Source of the DNA: Vicinamibacteria bacterium | Lineage (GTDB): Bacteria; Acidobacteriota; Vicinamibacteria; Marinacidobacterales; Marinacidobacteraceae | NCBI GenBank assembly: GCA_963555995.3 | Contig: OY821641.1 | Span: forward strand, 1,920,001 to 1,984,000 | Direction of reading: 5' to 3' | DNA length: 64,000 bases | Shown here: one piece after another, positions 58,027 through 64,000 of the stretch | Numbering within the stretch: position 1 is the stretch's first letter | Layout: each line of letters starts with the position of its first letter | The notes under the pieces: model-generated | Told to the model about the DNA's origin: nothing | The model's database searches: none | What the model saw: only the letters and a program-made list of their open reading frames with translations | Translations under genes and position numbers: made by a program

Positions 58027-58518
58027 CTACATCTGACCTAGCGCGTGGGCGCGCTTCCAGATCAGGAACGTGCGCCGGAACTCGATCACGACGACGCCGT
58101 CCTGATTCCTACCCCGCGTCCGGACGGTCACGATGCCGGCCTCCGGCCGGGATCGGGATTCCCGCGTGGAGAGCACCTCGCTCTCGGAATAGAGCGTGTC
58201 CCCCTCGAAGAGCGGCGCCGGCAGCCGGACCTCGTCCCAGCCGAGGTTCGCGAGCACGTTCCGGGTCAGGTCGTTCACCGACTGGCCGGTGGCGAGCGCC
58301 AGCGTGAGACACGAGTTCACGAGCGGTTTGCCGAACGGGGTCCGTTCGCTGTGGTGCCGGTCAATGTGGATCGGGTTCTGGTTCTGGGTGAGGAGGGAGA
58401 ACCAGGAGTTGTCCGCGGCGAGGACGGTGCGACCCAACGGGTGGGCGATGCGCTGGCCGACGTGGAAGTCCTCGTAGAAGCGGCCGCTGTCGCGCTCCGG
58501 GACGCGGGGCTCGGGCAT
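58027..58518 (-). CDS. MaoC family (R)-specific enoyl-CoA hydratase/dehydratase
   Basis: GRFYEDF, GRTVLAADN, NPIHID, ANLGWDEVRL, PLFEGDTLYSESEV. Confidence 0.88.
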   Translation of the reverse strand: MPEPRVPERDSGRFYEDFHVGQRIAHPLGRTVLAADNSWFSLLTQNQNPIHIDRHHSERTPFGKPLVNSCLTLALATGQSVNDLTRNVLANLGWDEVRLPAPLFEGDTLYSESEVLSTRESRSRPEAGIVTVRTRGRNQDGVVVIEFRRTFLIWKRAHALGQM

Positions 58519-58579
58519 GGCGTCCCTACCCTACCCCGTCCGGGTCCCCCGCCGCGGCAGTGCTCTACCGCCCGCGGTG

Positions 58580-59722
58580 CTACAGGATGCGCTCAAGGTC
58601 AGGCAGCGTCCGTTCCAGCGGCAGGGCCGTGATGCCGTCGAGGTGCAACTCCCGATCCCCGCCGTAGAGGACGAAGCACTTGGCGACCGGATAGTCCTTC
58701 CTGAACTCCCGCAGGGACCTCGTATCCGCGCGGTGGAGTTGACGCGACCGCTTCACTTCGATGGCGAGCAGGCCGCGAGGCCCGTACAGCACGAAGTCCA
58801 CCTCGAGGTGCGCTCGGGTGCGCCAGTAGTGGATCTGATAGCCGCAAGCGCGGTAGTCGTTCGCGGCTCGCAACTCCTGGAGCACGAGCGTCTCCAGCGC
58901 CGGGCCGTCCATCTCGGCCTCCGAATCGAGCGGACCGACGGGTCGAATGGCCCGGAACACGCCCGCGTCGAAAAGATAGAACTTCTGCTGCGATACCAGC
59001 CGGCGCCGCGCCCGGCGGGCGAAGATCGGGAGCCTTACCGCCAGCAGCAGGTCGTCGAGGATCGAGAAGTAGTTCTCGGCCGTAGGCCGCGAGACCTGGG
59101 CGTCACGCGCGATGCCGCTGATGTTGAGCGGCTGTCCCTGGGACAGGCTCGCCGTCTCGAGGAAACGGGCGAAATGCCCGATGTTGCGGGTCAGCCCCTC
59201 CTGCATCACCTCTTCCCGGAGGTAGGTCTGCACGTAGTCCTTCAGGTAGCGGGACGGGTCTGGATCGCTGAATCGGGCCGGCAGGTGCCCGAGGCGAACC
59301 GAACGGCCCAGATCGAAGGCGTCCCCCTGCTCCATCGCGGTCAGCGGGTGCATGAAACAGGTCCGAGCCCGCCCCGCCAGCAGATTGACTCCCTTGCAGC
59401 GCAGCGCCCGGGCGCTCGACCCCGTCAGGATGAACTTCAGGCCGCGCGACTCGATCAGGTCGTGCACCTCGTTCAGTAGCGCGGGGATGCGCTGGACCTC
59501 GTCAACGACCACCCAACCCCGGTGTCCGGGAGGAACCAGGGTCCGGATGCGCCCCGGGTCGGCAGACAGGGGACCGTAGAAGTCCGACCGCAACAGGTTG
59601 ATGAACGGTGCGTCCGGCAGCTTGCGGCGGAGCCAGGTGGTCTTTCCCGTCCCCCGCGGGCCGAACAGGAAGAAGCTCCGGCCCGCTTCGAGGGGGTCGC
59701 CGATCAACCGCTTGAACTCCAT
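58580..59722 (-). CDS. AAA+ ATPase (AAA_14 + DUF4143) with C-terminal PD-(D/E)XK-like motif
   Basis: GPRGTGKTT, VDEVQ, LTGSS, LLAGRA, KFYLFDAG, YWRT..EVDFV..AIEVK. Confidence 0.88.
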   Translation of the reverse strand: MEFKRLIGDPLEAGRSFFLFGPRGTGKTTWLRRKLPDAPFINLLRSDFYGPLSADPGRIRTLVPPGHRGWVVVDEVQRIPALLNEVHDLIESRGLKFILTGSSARALRCKGVNLLAGRARTCFMHPLTAMEQGDAFDLGRSVRLGHLPARFSDPDPSRYLKDYVQTYLREEVMQEGLTRNIGHFARFLETASLSQGQPLNISGIARDAQVSRPTAENYFSILDDLLLAVRLPIFARRARRRLVSQQKFYLFDAGVFRAIRPVGPLDSEAEMDGPALETLVLQELRAANDYRACGYQIHYWRTRAHLEVDFVLYGPRGLLAIEVKRSRQLHRADTRSLREFRKDYPVAKCFVLYGGDRELHLDGITALPLERTLPDLERIL

Positions 59723-59788
59723 CGTTCGCTCCCGAGTGCGCAGGCTGCGTTCCCTGACGGTGCACTTTACCGACTATTTTATATCGAT

Positions 59789-59817
59789 ACATGAAAATCA
59801 CCGGGATATTTTCATGT
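59789..59817. promoter_or_regulatory. AT-rich inverted repeat (ACATGAAAAT-N9-ATTTTCATGT), candidate operator of the ATPase gene
   Basis: Perfect 10-bp arms in an unusually AT-rich patch about 70 bp upstream of the ATPase. Confidence 0.45.
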
Positions 59818-59903
59818 TACCCGGAGAATTCCGCCGCCGCTCCGCCTATGCGTCCCGATCGAAGATTGGCTGAAGGCGGTTTCGACCGCCTCTCGGCGGA
59901 TGA

Positions 59904-60010
59904 TGCCGGCCGGAGGCCGGCGCTCCGAACCGCTGCGCCGTGACGCAGATGGGTGATGCGCGCTCTCGCTGCGCTACGCGCAGCGGTGCCGGTCTGAAGA
60001 CCGGCGCTCC
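59904..60010. repeat. Two REP-like palindromes in direct orientation
   Basis: TGCCGGCCGGAGGCCGGCGCTCC (59904-59926) and GGTGCCGGTCTGAAGACCGGCGCTCC (59985-60010). Confidence 0.75.
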
Positions 60011-60025
60011 CCCCGCGCCCCTGCC

Positions 60026-60343
60026 CTACCGGCGGAGCTTCACCGCGGTGCCGTAGGCGAGGATCTCGGCCGCGGTGGTCATCAGCACCGAGGTCGCGAT
60101 CCGCATGCCGACGATGGCGTCGGCGCCGAGGGCCTCGGCGTGCTCGATCATCCGGGCGATGGCCTGCTCGCGGCTCTCGGCCATGAGCTTCGTGTAGGAC
60201 CCGACCTCGCCGCCGACCACCCCCTTGAGGCCGGCCAGGATGTCGCGGCCGAGATGGCGGGCGCGAATGGTGTTGCCGCGGGCGATGCCCAGGACTTCGG
60301 CGATCTCCGCGCCGGGAACTTCGTTCGTGGTACTCACAATCAT
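60026..60343 (-). CDS. ybjQ: YbjQ/UPF0145 family protein
   Basis: MIVSTTNEVPG, GRDILAGLKGVVGGE, LGADAIVGMR, EILAYGTAV. Confidence 0.9.
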   Translation of the reverse strand: MIVSTTNEVPGAEIAEVLGIARGNTIRARHLGRDILAGLKGVVGGEVGSYTKLMAESREQAIARMIEHAEALGADAIVGMRIATSVLMTTAAEILAYGTAVKLRR

Positions 60344-60711
60344 CGTCGGACTCTCCGGAAAGGATCGGTGGAACGGGCGCGGATCCGCTCGCGGAGCGCG
60401 CCCAGCAAGAGAAACAGGATGCCGAGCAGCAGCCCGGCGGCGCCGAAGCGAACGATCGTCGGGACCGATGCGTCCGCCATGAATTCGGTGGCGAAGTGGT
60501 ACGCACCATAGCCGAGCAACACGGCCGCCGAGGCGGAGACCAGCGTCCAGGCGAGGCCGCGCTCCAGCCGGGAATAGACCCCGAGCCAGAAACGGTCCAT
60601 GGCCGCATCGTCCCGGTCGGCGGGCCGCGGTCCGAGTTCCGGTCCGCCCGGCGCGTCTTCGGGAATCCGTCCCGAGGCTCCCGGAACCTGGTTTCCATCG
60701 TGATCCGTCAT
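60340..60711 (-). CDS. 2-TM membrane protein, putative (truncated) anti-sigma factor
   Basis: Follows the ECF sigma; DRFWLGVYSRLERGLAWTL, two TM helices, LRER..DPFRRVRR; strong SD AAAGGAGG. Confidence 0.65.
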   Translation of the reverse strand: MTDHDGNQVPGASGRIPEDAPGGPELGPRPADRDDAAMDRFWLGVYSRLERGLAWTLVSASAAVLLGYGAYHFATEFMADASVPTIVRFGAAGLLLGILFLLLGALRERIRARSTDPFRRVRR

Positions 60712-60748
60712 CGGGTTTCCTCCTTTCAGTCCTTCTTTCTTCGGTGGG

Positions 60749-61330
60749 TCACCTTCGGCCACCACCCGCAAGGAACCGCCGCAGCCGGCGGCGGGCGATG
60801 TGCAGCCGGGACGCCACGGTCCCTTCGGGAATTCCGAGGCGCTCCGCGACTTCGCTGTGGACGTAGCCCTCCATGTCCCGCATCAGCACCACCCGGCGCT
60901 GTTCCTCCGGAAGTTCGCGGAGCCCGCGTTCCAGCAGCAACCGCTCGTGCACGGACCGCATGCCGCCGTCAACCGCCGGCTCCCGGACCCCCTCGAGCCC
61001 GATCTCCGGACGGCGCCGGCGCAGATAGCTGCGGCAGACGTTGTCCAGGATGGTCAGGAACCACGGCAGGAACGGACGGCCGAGCCGAAAGCGCGGCATC
61101 GCGTGAAACGCCCGGGCGAACGCCTCCTGCGCCAGGTCGCGCGCCTCATCGCGGTCACCGACCCGGCGGTACGCGTACGCCTGCGCCCACCGGGCGTAAC
61201 GCCGCACGAGCGGTTCGTAGGCGCGCCGGCTGCCGTTCCGGCACCGGCGGATCCACTCCTGCTCCTCCGGATCGGGCGCGCCGAGCCGGTTCCCCCGAAC
61301 GTCGGCGGTGGTGGAGGCATCGTCTCTCAC
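60749..61330 (-). CDS. RNA polymerase ECF sigma-70 factor
   Basis: Region 2 EARDLAQEAFARAF..PFLPWF; region 4 LPEEQRRVVLMRDMEGY..EVAERLGIPEGTVASRLH; start GTG 61330 inferred. Confidence 0.9.
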   Translation of the reverse strand: MRDDASTTADVRGNRLGAPDPEEQEWIRRCRNGSRRAYEPLVRRYARWAQAYAYRRVGDRDEARDLAQEAFARAFHAMPRFRLGRPFLPWFLTILDNVCRSYLRRRRPEIGLEGVREPAVDGGMRSVHERLLLERGLRELPEEQRRVVLMRDMEGYVHSEVAERLGIPEGTVASRLHIARRRLRRFLAGGGRR

Positions 61331-61347
61331 GTCTTCTACCGGGGAAC

Positions 61348-61373
61348 TACGCGGCGCAGAGCCGAATTCTTCA
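61348..61373 (-). promoter_or_regulatory. Putative ECF autoregulatory promoter TGAAGA-N16-CGTA
   Basis: Resembles the SigW-type TGAAAC-N16-CGTA consensus; ends 17 nt upstream of GTG 61330. Confidence 0.45.
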
Positions 61374-61468
61374 TTGTCGGCGCAAAACGTCCGCACGGCA
61401 GTCGCGGGACCGGCCGCGGTTCCGAGAACCGGTTGGCCCGTCCACCGGGTCTTGAATACCCTTGAACG

Positions 61469-63640
61469 ATGACCATTGGGCGGATTTCTTCACGGTTCTT
61501 TTTCGGTGCGGCGGCAGCCGCGGTGTTCGGCCTGACGCTGCTGGCCGGGGCCTCAGCCCAGGAGCGGCAACTCTCGGTCGCCCCCGAGTCACTCCAGCTT
61601 CGCGTGGGGCAGACGGGCAGCCTCGTGGCCACCGTTACCGCCGCGAGCGGCGAAGTGGACTCCGGGGCGCGGGTGCTGTTCTTCTCGCTCGACCCGGCCG
61701 ACGTCAGCGTCTCCCACACCGGCGCGGTCACCGCGCATCGGGCCGGCAATCACACGCTGGTGGCCTTGTCGCCCGCCGCCGGGACCACGCCGGGATTCAC
61801 CCGGCCCGACGATCCCGGCATTCGGGTGGAGATCCCGGTGGAGATCCTGCCTTCCGAACTCGCGACGCTGCGCTTCGTGGATCTGCCCGACCGGATTCTG
61901 GCGGGCGCCAGCATTCCCGTCCGGTTGCTCGCCGAAGACGAGGGGTCCGAACCGCGCGACGTGCGTCCCGAGATCAGCGTCGAACCGGCAGGTGTCGGCG
62001 CGGTCACGGCCTATGGCCCCCTCTTCGAGGGCACCTACCACGCGCATCCGTTCTACGACCGGCCCCGCCCGCCGACGTACCACTGGGAAGCCGCGGGCGT
62101 CTTCCGGGCGCTCGGCCCGGGCACCGCCACCCTGACCGCGCGGCTCGGCGAGCTGACCGCCGAGGCGCGGATCGAAGTCGTGGCCAATCCGGCGCACTCC
62201 CTCAGCCTTGCCGCAACCCTCGGCGAGTCGCCGCTGACCGGCGGCGTCCGCACCGGGGACGTGGTCCGCTTCTCCGCTTCCGTCATGGACCAAGGCGGCG
62301 CCTCTGTCGAAGACGCCCCCGTGCGCTTCTCCCTGGAGTCCCATCCCGATCCCAGTCGGTTCGACACCGTGGGGGCCGGGGCGCCGGCCCAGCTCCTCGC
62401 GGACGGCCGGTTCGTCGCGGAGCAGCCGGGGCTCTACGTGGTCTCCGCTTCCTCGGGCTCCGCCCATGCGGAACATGCCGTCCAGGTCGTCCCGCGCGAC
62501 GTCGGCATGGCCATGGAGTTCGTCGGCCACGCTCCGGTGCGCGACCGCGCCACCTCCGATCTGTGGATCTGGGAAGGGACCGACGGCCGGGACTACGCCG
62601 CGCTCGGCACCTGGAACGCCGACGGCCACGCCCTCTTCTTCGACGTCACCGACCCCGCCAACATGCAGCGGATCTCCGAGGTGCAGGTGGACGCCCGCAC
62701 GGTGAACGACGTGAAGGTGTCCGAGGACGGCCGGATCGCGGTCATCACGCGCGAGGGCGCCTCGAACCGCCGCAACGGGTTCGTGATCCTCGACGTCTCC
62801 GACCCGCGGAACCCGGAGGTCCTCTCGCGTTTCGACGACGAACTGACCGGCGGGGTCCACAACGTGTTCTTCCACGAGGGGCACATCTACGCGATCAACA
62901 ACGGCCGGCGCTGGGACGTGGTGAACGCGGAGGACCCACGGAACCCGTTCCGCGTGTCCCGCTTCGAGGATCCCCGCCCGGGCCGCAGCGTCCACGACGT
63001 CTGGATCCACGACGGGATCGCCTTCCAGGCCGGGAACACCGACGGCATGGTGGTCGTGGACGTGGGCGGCGGCGGCAGGGGCGGCTCGCCCCAGAACCCC
63101 GTCGAGATGGGCCGGCTCTACCAGCTCACCGGCTGGAACCACGCCATCTGGCCGTTCCGCAGCCGGTCGGCGAATCGCTTCTACGTGGTGACCGGCGACG
63201 AGTCGCACCCGATCAATCCCCGGATCCCCGGCCCGATCATCTCGTGGCAGGAGCGGATGCCGTCGCGGGCGATGGGTTTCATCCACTTCAACGAGTTCGA
63301 CGACCCCGAGAACCCGGTCGAGATCGCCCGTTACCGGGTGCCGGAGGCAGGGCCGCACAACCTCTGGATTGATTACGAAAAGGACCTCATGTACGTCGCC
63401 TACTTCAACGGCGGCCTCCGGGTGGTGGACGTCTCGGGGGAACTGGTGGGCGACCTCTACCGGCAGGGCCGGGAGATCGCGAAGTTCTACTCGGACGACC
63501 CCGACGGATTCATCCCCAACGCCCCCTTCGTCTGGGGACCGCAGCCGCACAAGGGGACGATCTTCTTCTCGGACTTCAACAGCGGCCTCTGGGCGGTGCG
63601 GCTCGTCCCGCGGGAGGACCGGTCGCCGGCCGGTCCGTAG
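61469..63640 (+). CDS. Secreted Ig-like domain plus LVIVD-repeat beta-propeller protein
   Basis: Signal peptide, Big_2-like LSVAPESLQLRVGQTGSLVATV, repeats FFDVTDPAN / VILDVSDPRNP / LRVVDVSG, His-containing HN and HD motifs. Confidence 0.82.
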   Translation: MTIGRISSRFFFGAAAAAVFGLTLLAGASAQERQLSVAPESLQLRVGQTGSLVATVTAASGEVDSGARVLFFSLDPADVSVSHTGAVTAHRAGNHTLVALSPAAGTTPGFTRPDDPGIRVEIPVEILPSELATLRFVDLPDRILAGASIPVRLLAEDEGSEPRDVRPEISVEPAGVGAVTAYGPLFEGTYHAHPFYDRPRPPTYHWEAAGVFRALGPGTATLTARLGELTAEARIEVVANPAHSLSLAATLGESPLTGGVRTGDVVRFSASVMDQGGASVEDAPVRFSLESHPDPSRFDTVGAGAPAQLLADGRFVAEQPGLYVVSASSGSAHAEHAVQVVPRDVGMAMEFVGHAPVRDRATSDLWIWEGTDGRDYAALGTWNADGHALFFDVTDPANMQRISEVQVDARTVNDVKVSEDGRIAVITREGASNRRNGFVILDVSDPRNPEVLSRFDDELTGGVHNVFFHEGHIYAINNGRRWDVVNAEDPRNPFRVSRFEDPRPGRSVHDVWIHDGIAFQAGNTDGMVVVDVGGGGRGGSPQNPVEMGRLYQLTGWNHAIWPFRSRSANRFYVVTGDESHPINPRIPGPIISWQERMPSRAMGFIHFNEFDDPENPVEIARYRVPEAGPHNLWIDYEKDLMYVAYFNGGLRVVDVSGELVGDLYRQGREIAKFYSDDPDGFIPNAPFVWGPQPHKGTIFFSDFNSGLWAVRLVPREDRSPAGP

Positions 63641-63651
63641 CGGGACTCGCG

Positions 63652-64000
63652 TCAGTTGTCGAGCCGCGCGCTCTCGGTCCCGGCGATCGCCCCGCCCAGG
63701 AAGCGCCGGAAGTCGGTTCCTCCGGTGCCGCGCGCGGCGGCGCCCGGATCGGCCTGGCGCACGATGTAGTCGTTCACGATGGCCATGTGGACGCGCCGGA
63801 GTTCGGCGAGAGCCGCCAGCGCATCGTCGTAGGCATTCCTGACGGCGCGGTCGCCGGTGGCGGCAGCGAAACGGCGGACCGTCCCGCTCGCCTCCACCGC
63901 TTCGATGAACCGCCGGTGCCGGGGATTCATGTAGCGCCGCATGTCCAGCTGCGGTCCCCTGGCCTCCCCCGGCTGCTCGACGGAGAGCGCCGCGTCAAAG
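63652..64000 (-). CDS. Indoleamine 2,3-dioxygenase family heme protein, 3' end (partial)
   Basis: FDAAL..DMRRYMNPRHRRFI, YDDALAALAELRRVHMAIVNDYI (proximal His), RGTGGT loop. Confidence 0.8.
   Translation of the reverse strand, partial: FDAALSVEQPGEARGPQLDMRRYMNPRHRRFIEAVEASGTVRRFAAATGDRAVRNAYDDALAALAELRRVHMAIVNDYIVRQADPGAAARGTGGTDFRRFLGGAIAGTESARLDN

Noticed and set aside
59874-59891. Hairpin AGGCGGT-TTCG-ACCGCCT as a rho-independent terminator
   Set aside because: No U-tract on either strand; its function cannot be supported

Overview
Gene-dense, very GC-rich bacterial chromosome segment. Two TIGR03436-style VWA proteins and a TonB receptor with an N-terminal carboxypeptidase-regulatory-like domain suggest Acidobacteriota (inference). 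Core content: tail of an aconitase-family gene, ETF-quinone oxidoreductase, cystathionine beta-synthase, pyruvate kinase, tRNA-Val(CAC), a MeaB GTPase fused to methylmalonyl-CoA epimerase, acyl-CoA dehydrogenase, many exported hydrolases, two Na+/solute symporters and a TctABC transporter. There are two molybdenum-hydroxylase clusters about 17 kb apart: a form II coxSLM-DE-xdhC cluster (AYRGAGR) that runs without a gap into an ABC transporter and a lipocalin::PuuD in-frame fusion, and a form I aerobic CO dehydrogenase coxMSL (AYRCSFR) followed by a CoxF-YHS fusion, with an orphan coxG between them. Accessory features: four VapBC-type toxin-antitoxin pairs with apparently leaderless promoters, an AbiE antitoxin whose toxin is reduced to a 35-aa remnant, a DUF4143 ATPase, a REP family (one inverted pair encloses the tRNA), a 269-bp MITE with a 4-bp target duplication and DnaA-box-like ends, and a VWA / ~1100-aa unknown / Ig-VWA secreted cluster. 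No CRISPR array, rRNA, integrase or transposase was seen. All family calls are by motif recognition, not by database search.
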